A stretch of DNA of 64,000 nt from Methanothermococcus sp. Ax23 (GCF_049075655.1 NZ_CP157522.1:672001-736000), one strand, 5' to 3'. Numbered from the stretch's first letter, positions 44,696 through 55,430 are shown. Made by a program: numbers and translations. Notes: generated from the sequence alone by a model not told the origin.

Positions 44696-44965
44696 ATGGC
44701 AACAGTTATAGCAAAATTAAAGGTAATGCCTGTAAGTCCAGAAGTGGATAAAGAAAGTTTAAAAGAAAAAGTAAAAGAAACCGTAGAAAAAATGGATACA
44801 ATATGTAGAAATGTATCTGATGAACCATTAGCATTTGGTTTGTATGCAATATATGTTCTTGTAGAGATGGAGGAAAGGGAAGGTGGAACAGAGCCTGTTG
44901 AAAACGCACTGGCTGAATTGGAAGAGGTAGAAAGCGTAGATGCCGTAGAGGTTTCACTAGTTTAA
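44696..44965 (+). CDS. ef1b: translation elongation factor 1-beta
   Basis: KVMP.SPEVD, EPLAFGL, EGGTE..E. Confidence 0.95.
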   Translation: MATVIAKLKVMPVSPEVDKESLKEKVKETVEKMDTICRNVSDEPLAFGLYAIYVLVEMEEREGGTEPVENALAELEEVESVDAVEVSLV

Positions 44966-44999
44966 TTTAGCTAATTTTTATTCTTTTATTAATTATTTT

Positions 45000-45266
45000 A
45001 TGATGATTAGATGGTATATCCATAATATACATTATGATAGCATGATAAACTATATAAACAAGTTTAAGCAAATGAAAGAAGTTGTCAAATGTATTGAAGA
45101 TAGTGGATACTCTATTTATATTCATCATAAAGATAAACCTATTTTAGAAGTCGGGACTAAAAAATCCAATTATATGGTAAAAAACACAGTTGGTGATGTG
45201 AAAATTCATTATATAAACACCACCAAATTAATAGCAAAATTAGGTATTGAGTTGTTGAGGTCGTAA
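45000..45266 (+). CDS. hypothetical protein
   Basis: 88-aa ORF filling the ef1b-rpl22 gap; no clear SD and the start is uncertain. Confidence 0.5.
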   Translation: MMIRWYIHNIHYDSMINYINKFKQMKEVVKCIEDSGYSIYIHHKDKPILEVGTKKSNYMVKNTVGDVKIHYINTTKLIAKLGIELLRS

Positions 45267-45358
45267 TTATAAATGTTTTAAAAATCGAAGCAAAGCTTCG
45301 GTTTATAACTCGTTAGAATTTTATCAAACCAAAGAAAAAGAAAAAAGGTGAATAAAGG

Positions 45359-45820
45359 ATGAGCAAATTAGGTTATAAGGTAGAAGCAGACCCAAGCAAG
45401 ACCGCAAGAGCTATGGGAAGGGCTTTAAGAATTTCAAGAAAGCATGCAATTGAAATTTGCAGAGAAATAAATGGTATGAAGCTTGATGATGCTATTGCAT
45501 ACTTGAATAGAGTAATTGAGTTAAAACAGGTAGTTCCGTTCAAAAGACATGGAAAAGATGTTCCGCACAAAAAGGGAAAATACGGCTGGACAGCAGGAAG
45601 ATTCCCACAAAAAGCATCAAAAGAAATATTAAAAGTTCTCGACAATGCAAAGAAAAATGCAGAATACAAAGGATTAAACACAGAAAAATTGAGAATAAAA
45701 CACATCTCTTCAAACAAAGGATTTACAATAAAGAGATACATGCCAAGGGCATTTGGTAGGGCATCACCTAAGTTCCAAGAAACAGTTCATATTCAGGTAA
45801 TATTGGAAGAGTTCCATTAA
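45359..45820 (+). CDS. rpl22: 50S ribosomal protein L22
   Basis: ISRKHAIEIC, GRFPQKA, PRAFGRA. Confidence 0.97.
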   Translation: MSKLGYKVEADPSKTARAMGRALRISRKHAIEICREINGMKLDDAIAYLNRVIELKQVVPFKRHGKDVPHKKGKYGWTAGRFPQKASKEILKVLDNAKKNAEYKGLNTEKLRIKHISSNKGFTIKRYMPRAFGRASPKFQETVHIQVILEEFH

Positions 45821-45856
45821 AAAATAAAAAATAAAAAAGTATATTAGGTGAAAATA

Positions 45857-46489
45857 ATGATTGAAAGAGCATTTGTAAAAGAAAATGTTGTAGAAACATT
45901 AGTTGATGAATATCTTAAAAGCAAGTTGCCAAGAGCAGGATACAGCCACATGGATATAAAAAAGACACCAGTAGGAACAAGAATAACAATATTCGCTGAA
46001 AAACCAGGGTTTGTGATTGGAAGAAAAGGTAGAATGGTAAAAGAATTAACCGAAACCATTGCAAAAGAATATGGTGTAGAAAACCCACAAATTGAAGTTA
46101 AACAAATCGAAAACCCTGATTTAGACCCAGAAGTTGTAGCTCAGAAGATAGCATCATCCCTTGAAAGAGGAATGCATTTCAGAAGAGTTGCTCACTCAGC
46201 AGTTAGAAGAGTTATGGGAGCTGGTGCAAAAGGTGTTGTTGTAATTATCTCAGGAAAATTAACAGGGGAAAGGTCAAGAACAGAAAAATTCATGGACGGA
46301 TATATGAAACACTGTGGAGAACCATCAGAAGTTCTTGTTAAAAAGGCACACAAACTTGCAAAATTAAAACTTGGAATAATCGGAGTTACTGTAAAAATCA
46401 TGCCACCAGAAATTGTATTGCCAGATGAAATTGTTATAAGGGAAAGTGCTGGGGAAGTTAAAGAAGTAAGTGAAGTGTCAGAAGAATAA
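45857..46489 (+). CDS. rps3: 30S ribosomal protein S3
   Basis: [12 protein letters not shown] motif, SGKLTGERS. Confidence 0.97.
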   Translation: MIERAFVKENVVETLVDEYLKSKLPRAGYSHMDIKKTPVGTRITIFAEKPGFVIGRKGRMVKELTETIAKEYGVENPQIEVKQIENPDLDPEVVAQKIASSLERGMHFRRVAHSAVRRVMGAGAKGVVVIISGKLTGERSRTEKFMDGYMKHCGEPSEVLVKKAHKLAKLKLGIIGVTVKIMPPEIVLPDEIVIRESAGEVKEVSEVSEE

Positions 46490-46587
46490 ACGTGATTAGA
46501 TTTACAAATCTAGAATGTAAGGTGATAAACTCTTTTTATCACCTTTAATAAATGAAAAAATTATTGATCCAGTGAAGGGTGATAAAA

Positions 46588-46800
46588 ATGGCTATATTAA
46601 AAGCTAGCGAGATAAGAGAAATGACTATTTCTGAAATGAATGAGAAATTAGCTGAATTAAAAAAAGAACTCATGAAAGAAAATGCAAACAAAGCCACAGG
46701 GGGCTCTCCATCAAATCCAGGTAGAATCAAAGAGATAAAGAGAACAATTGCAAGAATATATACAATAATGAACGAAAAGAAAGGAGAAGCTGAGGCATAA
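46588..46800 (+). CDS. rpl29: 50S ribosomal protein L29
   Basis: [22 protein letters not shown]. Confidence 0.95.
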   Translation: MAILKASEIREMTISEMNEKLAELKKELMKENANKATGGSPSNPGRIKEIKRTIARIYTIMNEKKGEAEA

Positions 46801-46941
46801 TTAATTAAAGTAATTACAAAATAAATATATTAACAATTTAACAAAAATTATAAATATGGTCGCCTAACAAATTATCATTGAGATTTAATTGACCATATTC
46901 TTAAAAGAATAAGATTAATATTTAAACCAAGAGGTGCAGTA

Positions 46942-47250
46942 ATGCCTGAAATTTGTCCAAGATGTGGGCTACCAAAAGAATTGTGTGTATGTGAAGAAAT
47001 TGCAAAGGAAGAACAAAAAATAAAAATATATGTTGCAAAAAGAAGGTTTGGAAAATTAATGACCGTAATCGAGGGCTTTGATGTAGATTTGATTGATGTT
47101 AAAGACCTTGCAAAGAAATTAAAGGATATATGTGCCTGTGGGGGAACTGTGAAAAAAGATTCCATTGAATTACAAGGGGACCACAGGAGAAAAGTGGAAG
47201 AAGCTCTGATAAAGATGGGATTCTCAAAGGACACTATCGATGTTAGGTAA
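46942..47250 (+). CDS. sui1: translation initiation factor aIF1/SUI1
   Basis: [36 protein letters not shown]. Confidence 0.96.
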   Translation: MPEICPRCGLPKELCVCEEIAKEEQKIKIYVAKRRFGKLMTVIEGFDVDLIDVKDLAKKLKDICACGGTVKKDSIELQGDHRRKVEEALIKMGFSKDTIDVR

Positions 47251-47435
47251 GGATGAGCTCCGCGGTTTGATGATAATATTTATATATGATATAATCATTA
47301 TATCATTGAAGTGATGCAATTATATAATTATATTTTATTATGCTCTAATGCGTATTATAAAAATTAATAATAAATCAAGGAATAAGGATGCCTGTTGGCA
47401 CACCCTTATGTCCTTATGGGTCGGGGGACACCCAA

Positions 47436-47726
47436 ATGATAACTCCACAAAACATATTGAGACATGAATTAATTGGATTAAATGTTGAGATTGTAAAATC
47501 TTCAAATCTATCCCTGGTTGGAATAAAAGGCAAAGTTGTTGATGAATCAAGAAATACCTTTGTCATTGAAAGATTTGACAATGGTAAAGAGATAAGAATT
47601 CCAAAGGATGTTGCAGTATTTAGATTTGAATTAAATGACAAATCTGTTGATGTTATAGGAAGCCTTTTAATCGGAAGACCAGAGGATAGATTGAAGAGAA
47701 AAATAAAAACCATTTATCCATACTGA
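47436..47726 (+). CDS. rnp1: ribonuclease P protein component 1 (Rpp29/Pop4)
   Basis: ITPQNILRHELIGL, G.VVDE, GRPEDRLK. Confidence 0.93.
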   Translation: MITPQNILRHELIGLNVEIVKSSNLSLVGIKGKVVDESRNTFVIERFDNGKEIRIPKDVAVFRFELNDKSVDVIGSLLIGRPEDRLKRKIKTIYPY

Positions 47727-47904
47727 TTCATTATCTATTTTAAAGTCCCCAAAGTGAATTAATGGCATATAATTAATATTATTTAGAGATTATATGCCAT
47801 ATTGCTATTATCAAAAAGTATTATATACTTGTAATTAGTATTTACTCTGGAATCTTTAATGTGGTATCCATGCCACTTAAAGTAAATATTTAGGAGGTAT
47901 TATT

Positions 47905-48234
47905 ATGAGAAATATAGGAATTGATGTGAAATCTCCTGAAAACACATGTAATGATAATGACTGTCCATTCCATGGCAATTTGCCAGTAAGAGGACAGATA
48001 TTTGAAGGTATTGTGGTAAGTGACAAAGGACACAATACCGTTGTAATTAAAAGGGAGATTGTAAGATATATACCAAAATATGAAAGATACGAGAAGAGAA
48101 CAACAACAATGGTTGCTCACAATCCATCATGCATAGATGCAAAAGTTGGAGACAAAGTAAAAATTGCAGAGTGCAGACCTGTAAGTAAAACTAAGTCATT
48201 TGTAGTTATTGAAAAAACAGAACTTACAGAATAA
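47905..48234 (+). CDS. rps17: 30S ribosomal protein S17
   Basis: [29 protein letters not shown]. Confidence 0.97.
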   Translation: MRNIGIDVKSPENTCNDNDCPFHGNLPVRGQIFEGIVVSDKGHNTVVIKREIVRYIPKYERYEKRTTTMVAHNPSCIDAKVGDKVKIAECRPVSKTKSFVVIEKTELTE

Positions 48235-48243
48235 GGTGATTTC

Positions 48244-48642
48244 ATGAAGGGATTTGGTTCAAAAGTAATAAGAGCTCTGCCAAATGGAGCTAGATTGGTT
48301 TGTGCTGATAACACCGGGGCAAAAGAACTTGAAGTAATTGCAGTTAAAAACTACAAGGGTGTTGCTAGAAGACTGCCTGCTGGTGGAGTAGGAAGCATGG
48401 TCTTTGTTTCTGTTAAGAAAGGAACTCCTGAAATGAGAAAACAAGTATTGCCTGCTATCATCATAAGACAGAAAAAAGAATACAGAAGACCTGATGGTTC
48501 AAGAGTTAAATTTGAAGATAACGCTGCGGTAATTGTAACCCCAGACGGAAACCCAAAAGGTTCAGAAATCAAAGGACCTGTTGCAAAAGAAGCAGCTGAA
48601 AGATGGCCTGGTGTATCAAGACTGGCTAAGATAATTCACTAA
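48244..48642 (+). CDS. rpl14: 50S ribosomal protein L14
   Basis: [24 protein letters not shown]. Confidence 0.98.
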   Translation: MKGFGSKVIRALPNGARLVCADNTGAKELEVIAVKNYKGVARRLPAGGVGSMVFVSVKKGTPEMRKQVLPAIIIRQKKEYRRPDGSRVKFEDNAAVIVTPDGNPKGSEIKGPVAKEAAERWPGVSRLAKIIH

Positions 48643-48681
48643 TGTACGAATATTAATATTATAAAATAAAAGGTGAATAAA

Positions 48682-49044
48682 ATGGTTTTGACAAACTCAA
48701 AACAGCCAAGGAAACAAAGAAAAGCACTTTACAACGCTCCGCTCCATTTGAGAAATAGATTGATGTCTGCAATGCTCTCAAAGGAGTTAAAGGAAAAATA
48801 CAATAAAAATGCACTTCCTGTTAAAAAAGGAGATGTTGTGAAGATATTAAGAGGAAACTTCAAAAATATAGAAGGCGAAGTATCAAAAGTTGATTACAAA
48901 TCCTACAAAATCTATGTAGAAGGGGCAGTAAATAGAAAACAGGATGGAAAAGAATCTCCATATCCAATTCATCCGTCAAATGTCATGATTGTTAAATTGG
49001 ACGACTCAGACGAAAGGAGATTTAAATTTTTAAAAAATGAATAA
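48682..49044 (+). CDS. rpl24: 50S ribosomal protein L24
   Basis: SKQPRKQRK...APLH, KGD.V...RG, IHPSNV. Confidence 0.97.
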   Translation: MVLTNSKQPRKQRKALYNAPLHLRNRLMSAMLSKELKEKYNKNALPVKKGDVVKILRGNFKNIEGEVSKVDYKSYKIYVEGAVNRKQDGKESPYPIHPSNVMIVKLDDSDERRFKFLKNE

Positions 49045-49057
49045 CTGAGGTGCGAAT

Positions 49058-49804
49058 ATGGCAAGTAAGGGACCTAAAAGACATCTAAAAAGATTACCCG
49101 CTCCAACAAATTGGCAACTTCCAAGAAAAGTTAAAAAATTTACCACAAGACCTTTGCCAGGGCCACATTCAATGGACAACTCATTGCCATTATTGTTGAT
49201 TGTTAGGGATGTTTTAGGCTATGCAGATAATGCAAGAGAAGCTAAAAAAATCATTAAAATGGGTAAAATATTAGTTGATGGCGTAAAAAGAAAAGAACAC
49301 AGATATCCAGCAGGTTTAATGGATGTAATTTCCATACCTGATACAAATGAGAACTTTTTAGTATTGCTTGATGAAAAAGGCAGAATTACATTGAAGAAAA
49401 CAGATAAAAATGATGTAAAATTATGCAAAATTAAAAACAAAACCGTAATTAAAGGCGGACACATCCAGTTAAACCTTCATGATGGTAGAAACCAGATTGT
49501 GAAAGTTTCAGATGCTACAAAGGCAGAAGAGGATGTTTATAAAACTGGAGACTGCGTTCTCATCTCAATCCCTGAACAAGAAATAGTAGGTCATGTTCAG
49601 TTCGGTGAAGGAAAATTGGCATATATTACAGGTGGAAAACACGCAGGAGATTTTGCAAAAATAATTGAGATAGAAAAGAGAAAGTTATATCCTGACATTA
49701 TTACCCTTGAAACAAAAGATGGAGAACAGTTTAAAACTATTAAAGACTACGTATTTGTAGTCGGCGATGAAGAGCCTGTTTTATCATCATTAAAGACACA
49801 ATAA
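49058..49804 (+). CDS. rps4e: 30S ribosomal protein S4e
   Basis: HLKRL.AP..W, PGPH, QLNLHDG, GGKHAG. Confidence 0.97.
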   Translation: MASKGPKRHLKRLPAPTNWQLPRKVKKFTTRPLPGPHSMDNSLPLLLIVRDVLGYADNAREAKKIIKMGKILVDGVKRKEHRYPAGLMDVISIPDTNENFLVLLDEKGRITLKKTDKNDVKLCKIKNKTVIKGGHIQLNLHDGRNQIVKVSDATKAEEDVYKTGDCVLISIPEQEIVGHVQFGEGKLAYITGGKHAGDFAKIIEIEKRKLYPDIITLETKDGEQFKTIKDYVFVVGDEEPVLSSLKTQ

Positions 49805-49871
49805 AGAGTAAATCATCACTTAAAGATGAGAATATAATTATAAAATTTGAATAAATAAACATGGTGGAAAA

Positions 49872-50417
49872 ATGACATTCCAAGAAACATGGGAAAAACA
49901 GCCTATGAGAAAACCTAGGATAGAAAAGGTTACCATCAACATGGGTGTAGGCGAAAGTGGAGATAGGTTGCTCACTGGTGCAAAAGTTATAGAAGAAATC
50001 ACTGGTCAAAAGCCTGTAAGAACACTGGCTAAACAAACTAACCCTGCATTTGGTATCAGAAAAAAGCTCCCAATTGGATTAAAAGTCACATTGAGAGGGA
50101 AAAAAGCAGAAGAATTCTTAAAAAATGCATTCATAGCATTTAAAGCATCAGGAAAAACATTATACTCCTATTCGTTCGATAAAAGAGGAAACTTCTCCTT
50201 TGGTATTCCAGAACATATCGACTTCCCTGGTCAAAAATATGAGCCAGATGTCGGAATCTATGGAATGGATGTATGTGTAACCTTTGAAAAACCAGGATAT
50301 AGAGTTAAAAGAAGAAAGGCAAAAAAGAATAACCTTCCAGAAAGACACCAAGTTAAAAAAGATGAAGCTATTGAATACATAAAATTGAATTTCGGCGTTG
50401 ATGTAGTAGAAGAGTAA
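49872..50417 (+). CDS. rpl5: 50S ribosomal protein L5
   Basis: KVTINMGVGE, FGIRK..PIG.KVTLRG, GIYGMDV. Confidence 0.97.
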   Translation: MTFQETWEKQPMRKPRIEKVTINMGVGESGDRLLTGAKVIEEITGQKPVRTLAKQTNPAFGIRKKLPIGLKVTLRGKKAEEFLKNAFIAFKASGKTLYSYSFDKRGNFSFGIPEHIDFPGQKYEPDVGIYGMDVCVTFEKPGYRVKRRKAKKNNLPERHQVKKDEAIEYIKLNFGVDVVEE

Positions 50418-50448
50418 TAATAGTGATTAAATAAAGAAATTTAAAGAT

Positions 50449-50563
50449 TTTTCACTATGTCATAAAATCGAAGATTTGGAAATTAAAACTCGAAGAGTTT
50501 TTAATTGGAAAGAAAGCGTATGAAAAAATACGCGAAATCAAAGATTTCGAATTCTTTTCACTA
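50449..50563. repeat. cluster of four short hairpins flanked by 9-bp direct repeats TTTTCACTA (MITE/REP-like insert)
   Basis: AAATC-GAA-GATTT, AAAACTC-GAA-GAGTTTT, GCGTAT-GAAAAA-ATACGC, CGAAATC-AAA-GATTTCG between repeats at 50449-50457 and 50555-50563. Confidence 0.55.
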
Positions 50564-50584
50564 AAAAAAAGAGAGAGTGAAAAA

Positions 50585-50746
50585 ATGGCAAAAGCACCAT
50601 TTAAGAAAAAATATGGATATGGTTCCAAAGTATGCAAAAGATGCGGAAGAAAAGGACCTGGAATTATTAGAAAATACGGTTTAAATTTATGCAGACAGTG
50701 TTTTAGAGAATTAGCACCAAAATTAGGATTTAAAAAGTATGATTAA
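50585..50746 (+). CDS. rps14: 30S ribosomal protein S14 (Zn-binding), absent from the ORF track
   Basis: Hand translation [53 protein letters not shown]. Confidence 0.96.
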   Translation: MAKAPFKKKYGYGSKVCKRCGRKGPGIIRKYGLNLCRQCFRELAPKLGFKKYD

Positions 50747-50771
50747 GGATAAGGATTAAGGAGGTATCAAC

Positions 50772-51164
50772 ATGAGTCTAATGGACCCACTTGCGAATGC
50801 ATTGAACCATCTATCCAACTGTGAAAGAGTGGGAAAGAATGTGGCATACATAAAGCCCGCCTCAAAACTCATAGGAAGAGTATTGAAAGTTATGCAGGAC
50901 AAAGGATACATAGGAAACTTTGAATACATAGAAGATGGTAAGGCAGGAATTTATAAGGTAGAATTAACAGGGCATATAAACAAATGTGGAGCAGTTAAGC
51001 CAAGATATGCTGTTAAAAAGAATGAATTTGAGAAATTTGAAAAGAGATATTTACCTGCAAAAGGTTTCGGATTGTTAATTGTGAGTACACCAAAAGGATT
51101 AATGACTCATAATGAAGCAAAGGAGCAGGGATTAGGTGGAAGATTAATTTCATACATATACTAA
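50772..51164 (+). CDS. rps8: 30S ribosomal protein S8
   Basis: DPLANAL, IN.CG...[18 protein letters not shown]. Confidence 0.97.
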   Translation: MSLMDPLANALNHLSNCERVGKNVAYIKPASKLIGRVLKVMQDKGYIGNFEYIEDGKAGIYKVELTGHINKCGAVKPRYAVKKNEFEKFEKRYLPAKGFGLLIVSTPKGLMTHNEAKEQGLGGRLISYIY

Positions 51165-51204
51165 TTTAAATTATATTAAACACGAATTAAATGGAGGTAT
51201 GGTT

Positions 51205-51756
51205 ATGCCAGTTGCCGCTGTAATGAGGGAAGAGATTGAAATACCTGATAACGTTTCTGTTGAGATAAATGGCAACGAAGTTGTTGTCAAATCCGGTGGA
51301 AAAGAACTTAAAAGAACACTCTCTTTCCCAAATGTAAGCATTAAAAAAGAAGATGATAAAACAGTAGTTATTGAAAGTTTATATCCAAGAAAAAAACAGG
51401 CAGCAATTATTGGAACATTTGCATCCCATATCAACAACATGATAAAGGGAGTAACAGAAGGATTTGAATATAAGTTAAAAATAAGATATGCTCACTTCCC
51501 TATGAAAATTAGTGTTAAAGGTAATGAAGTAATCATAGACAACTTCTTAGGGGAAAAATACCCTAGAAAAGCAAAAATCATGGAAGGAGTTAATGTCAAA
51601 GTGAGCGGTGAAGATATTATAGTTAGCGGGATTGATAAGGAAAAAACAGGACAAACCGCCGCAAACATTGAACAGGCAACAAGAGTTAAGGGAAGAGATA
51701 CCAGAGTATTCCAGGATGGTATCTATATTGTAGAAAAAGCAGGGAAAGTGTTATAA
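51205..51756 (+). CDS. rpl6: 50S ribosomal protein L6
   Basis: [31 protein letters not shown]. Confidence 0.97.
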   Translation: MPVAAVMREEIEIPDNVSVEINGNEVVVKSGGKELKRTLSFPNVSIKKEDDKTVVIESLYPRKKQAAIIGTFASHINNMIKGVTEGFEYKLKIRYAHFPMKISVKGNEVIIDNFLGEKYPRKAKIMEGVNVKVSGEDIIVSGIDKEKTGQTAANIEQATRVKGRDTRVFQDGIYIVEKAGKVL

Positions 51757-51765
51757 GGTGGTTTC

Positions 51766-52200
51766 ATGAGTAAAAAAAGGTTATTGAGATTAAAACTCAA
51801 AATGAAACAAAAGAAACCTGACTTCAAAAGACAGGATTGGTTCAAATGTAAAAGAATAGGCACAAGCTGGAGAAGACCAAAAGGATTGCACAGTGGAATG
51901 AGAAAACAGTTGAAACACAGACCAGCTATTGTCAAAATAGGATACAGAGCTCCGACTCTTGTAAGGGGATTGCACCCATCAGGTTTAGAGGATGTGCTCA
52001 TCCACAATGTAAAAGAATTAGAGGCATTAAATCCTGAAACACAGGGGGCAAGAGTAGCTTCAACTGTTGGTAAAAGGAAAAGAGTAGAAATTGTAAAAAG
52101 AGCCAATGAATTAGGCATTAGGTTATTAAATATTTCCAAAGAAAAACAAGAAGAACTCTTGAATATTACTAAGGAAGTTTCAAAAGTGGAAACAGAATAA
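51766..52200 (+). CDS. rpl32e: 50S ribosomal protein L32e
   Basis: KKPDFKRQD, WRRPKG, GY..P..RGLHPSG. Confidence 0.97.
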   Translation: MSKKRLLRLKLKMKQKKPDFKRQDWFKCKRIGTSWRRPKGLHSGMRKQLKHRPAIVKIGYRAPTLVRGLHPSGLEDVLIHNVKELEALNPETQGARVASTVGKRKRVEIVKRANELGIRLLNISKEKQEELLNITKEVSKVETE

Positions 52201-52234
52201 AATAATTAATTTTATCTATGTTTAAGGTGATATA

Positions 52235-52684
52235 ATGGATATATCAACCCAGAGGAGAATTGCCGCAGATGTGCTGGACTGTGGTATTGATAGAGTATGG
52301 ATTGACCCTGAAAATTTGGATAAGGTCAAAATGGCTATTACCAAAGATGATATCAGGATGTTAATCAAAGATGGAATTATCGTAAAAAAACAGAAAAAAG
52401 GAATAAGCAAAGCTAGAACACAAAAATTAAAAGAACAGAAAAGAAAAGGTAAAAGAAAAGGTCCTGGTTCAAGAAGAGGGGCAAAAGGTGCTAGAACACC
52501 TAAGAAAAGGAAATGGATAAACACCATAAGACCTTTGAGAAGAATGTTGAAGGAGCTCAGAGAAGAGGAAGTTATAGAAAGGTCAGCATACAGAAAATTA
52601 TACAGAATGGCAAAAGGTGGAGCATTCAGAAGTAAGAACCACATGAAAATGTACATGAAAGACCATGGACTTCTTGCTGAATAA
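52235..52684 (+). CDS. rpl19e: 50S ribosomal protein L19e
   Basis: QRRIAA..L.CG..RVWIDP, GPGSRRG...AR, Y..AKGG.F. Confidence 0.97.
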   Translation: MDISTQRRIAADVLDCGIDRVWIDPENLDKVKMAITKDDIRMLIKDGIIVKKQKKGISKARTQKLKEQKRKGKRKGPGSRRGAKGARTPKKRKWINTIRPLRRMLKELREEEVIERSAYRKLYRMAKGGAFRSKNHMKMYMKDHGLLAE

Positions 52685-52770
52685 ATTAAAGTCTTTTTAG
52701 ATTTTGGTGCTGGAAACTTCGCTTTGCTCTCAAATTCCATTTCACTTAAAATATATAAGGAGGTATAAGC

Positions 52771-53355
52771 ATGGCACATAGTGCTAAATATAGAGTCCCT
52801 TTTAGAAGGAGAAGGGAAGGAAAAACGAATTATAGATTAAGATTGAAATTGTTGTTATCAAAAAAACCAAGATTGGTTGCTAGAAAATCTTTAAATAACA
52901 TGATAGCTCAGCTCGTGGCTTATGATGAGAAGGGAGATAAAATATTAGTTTCAGCTCATTCAAGAGAGCTCGTAAAAATGGGATACAAAGGACACTGCGG
53001 AAACATACCTGCTGCATACTTAACAGGACTTTTGTTGGGTAAAAAGGCACTTAAAGAAGGTTATGATGAAGCAGTTCTTGACTTAGGATTACAGAGTGCT
53101 ACAAAAGGAGCTGCTGTTTTTGCTATATTAAAGGGTGCAGTTGATGCAGGAATGGATATACCACACAGCGAGGACATTCTCCCAGAAGATGAGAGAATTA
53201 ATGGTTCTCATGTAAAAGAATATGCTGAGCTCTTAAAAGAAGAAGATGAAGAAAAATACAAAAAACAGTTTTCAAAGTATTTAGAGAAAGGATTGAATCC
53301 TGAAGATTTGCCAGAACACTTTGAAGAAATAAAGGAGAAGGTTCTCAGTTTATAA
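52771..53355 (+). CDS. rpl18: 50S ribosomal protein L18
   Basis: [28 protein letters not shown]. Confidence 0.97.
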   Translation: MAHSAKYRVPFRRRREGKTNYRLRLKLLLSKKPRLVARKSLNNMIAQLVAYDEKGDKILVSAHSRELVKMGYKGHCGNIPAAYLTGLLLGKKALKEGYDEAVLDLGLQSATKGAAVFAILKGAVDAGMDIPHSEDILPEDERINGSHVKEYAELLKEEDEEKYKKQFSKYLEKGLNPEDLPEHFEEIKEKVLSL

Positions 53356-53382
53356 TAGTGAGAGAAATATAAAGGTGAAATC

Positions 53383-54048
53383 ATGGCAGCTGAAAAAAGA
53401 TTTAATGTAGAAGCCTGGGAACCTAAAACCCAGGTAGGAAAAATGGTGAAAGAGGGAACCATTACTGATATTGACTATATTTTAGACAATGGTCTTCCTT
53501 TGTTGGAGCCTGAAATTGTAGATGCATTACTCCCAGACATTACCGAACAGGTTTTAGATGTTTCACTTGTTCAGAGAATGCACAAATCAGGAAGAAGAGC
53601 AAGATTTAGAGCTACCGTTGCAGTAGGAAACAAAAACGGTTATGTTGGCGTAGGAATGGGTAAAGCAAAAGAAGTTGGACCTGCAATTAGAAAAGCTATT
53701 GCTCATGCAAAATTATCATTAATTAGAATAAGATTGGGATGTGGTTCATGGGAATGCGGTTGTGGAACACCTCATTCAATTCCATTCACTGCAAAAGGTT
53801 CCTGTGCAAGTGTAAAAATTGAGTTATTGCCTGCACCAAGAGGAGTAGGTTTAGTTGCAGGGGATGTTGCAAAGGCAGTATTGGGTCTCGCAGGTATAAA
53901 GGATATTTGGACAAAAACATTTGGAGACACAAGAACAACATACAACTTTGCAGTAGCTACATTTGATGCACTTAAAAACTTGAACTTTGTTAGATATTTA
54001 CCAGAACACAAGAAAACACTTGGAATTACCGAAGGTAAGGTATTGTAA
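53383..54048 (+). CDS. rps5: 30S ribosomal protein S5
   Basis: [20 protein letters not shown]. Confidence 0.97.
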   Translation: MAAEKRFNVEAWEPKTQVGKMVKEGTITDIDYILDNGLPLLEPEIVDALLPDITEQVLDVSLVQRMHKSGRRARFRATVAVGNKNGYVGVGMGKAKEVGPAIRKAIAHAKLSLIRIRLGCGSWECGCGTPHSIPFTAKGSCASVKIELLPAPRGVGLVAGDVAKAVLGLAGIKDIWTKTFGDTRTTYNFAVATFDALKNLNFVRYLPEHKKTLGITEGKVL

Positions 54049-54127
54049 TTAGTATACATATATAGATATATAGAAAACGAATAAATATTATATCTTACTT
54101 AATTTTTAATAATATAGGTGATGAAAC

Positions 54128-54592
54128 ATGGCTTACGCAGTTGTAAGGGTTAGAGGTAGCGTAGGTGTCAGAGGAGACATTGCAGATACCCTTAAAATGT
54201 TAAGATTACATAGGGTAAATCACTGTGTAATAGTTCCAAACACCGAAACATATAAAGGTATGTTGAATAAAGCAAAGGACTACATTACCTACGGTGAAAT
54301 AGATAAAGATACCCTTGTAAAATTGATATTGAAAAGAGGAAGATTGCCAGGAAATAAAAGATTAAACGAAGAAAAAGTTAAAGAATTGATGGATTTATCC
54401 GTTGAAGAATTAGCTGAAAAAATCGTAAATGAAGAAATCCTCTTAAAAAACACCCCATTGAAACCAGTATTCAGACTCCACCCTCCAAGAAAGGGATACG
54501 ACAAAGCAGGTATCAAAAAACCTTTCTCAGTAGGCGGAGCTCTGGGATACAGGGGAGCTGAGATAAACACATTATTAGAGAAAATGATGTAA
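54128..54592 (+). CDS. rpl30: 50S ribosomal protein L30
   Basis: [26 protein letters not shown]. Confidence 0.97.
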   Translation: MAYAVVRVRGSVGVRGDIADTLKMLRLHRVNHCVIVPNTETYKGMLNKAKDYITYGEIDKDTLVKLILKRGRLPGNKRLNEEKVKELMDLSVEELAEKIVNEEILLKNTPLKPVFRLHPPRKGYDKAGIKKPFSVGGALGYRGAEINTLLEKMM

Positions 54593-54615
54593 GCAATTAC
54601 ATTTAAGGTGATTGG

Positions 54616-55047
54616 ATGATAAGAAAAAGTAAAAAAATCACAAAGTTAAGAGGTAGCAGAACCTGTGGATATGGTGCAGCTAAAAAGCACAGAGGAGCAG
54701 GTCATAGAGGAGGTAGAGGTTTGGCAGGAGGTCATAAACACAAATGGCTTCACATTGTCAAATACATGCCAGACCACTTTGGAAAATACGGATTCAAAAG
54801 ACACCCAAGTTTGGTTAAAAAATTAAATACTATTAACTTGGGAGACATTGATGAATTAGTATCCAAAAACAAGGACGCATTTGAAGTTGAAGACGGAAAA
54901 ATTGTTGTTGATGTAACAGCATTTGAATATGAAAAAGTTCTTGGAAAAGGTAAATTATCCTGTCCAATGATTATAAAAGCAGTAGAATTCTCAGAAGGAG
55001 CAAAAGAAAAAATAGAATCTGCTGGTGGAGAGTTTGTTGAATTATAA
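54616..55047 (+). CDS. rpl15: 50S ribosomal protein L15
   Basis: RGSRTCGYG, GGRGLAG, FGKYGF, KVLGKG, A.EKIE.AGG. Confidence 0.97.
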   Translation: MIRKSKKITKLRGSRTCGYGAAKKHRGAGHRGGRGLAGGHKHKWLHIVKYMPDHFGKYGFKRHPSLVKKLNTINLGDIDELVSKNKDAFEVEDGKIVVDVTAFEYEKVLGKGKLSCPMIIKAVEFSEGAKEKIESAGGEFVEL

Positions 55048-55430
55048 TTCAATTAAAACAAATCTTTTGATTATATTATTGCTCTTTCTTATTTTTAATA
55101 AATACGACGATGTTAGTCTAAATACCACTTCTAAAAATAATTTCAATGTATTTGAATGTAATAATATTTTTTTAATTAATATTCTTATTTTTTTACAGTT
55201 TTTTATTTTTGATTATATTATTTTATTTTTATTATTGTTTTAGGATATATTGTTAAATAATAAATATAAAAAATATTTATTATCTGGTATAAACATAGAG
55301 TATATGACATAATGTTAATTTTATGTTTTTTTATTTATTTGCTTTATATAATCTATATCCTATAAACCTATTAAAGGACGAATAATGGAGAAGGAATATA
55401 CGAATATATTAAAAAATATATGGTGATACC

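Noticed and set aside
55025-55430. 72-aa ORF and long AT/T-rich spacer between rpl15 and secY
   Set aside because: Low-complexity translation of terminator- and promoter-type sequence; no coding evidence.
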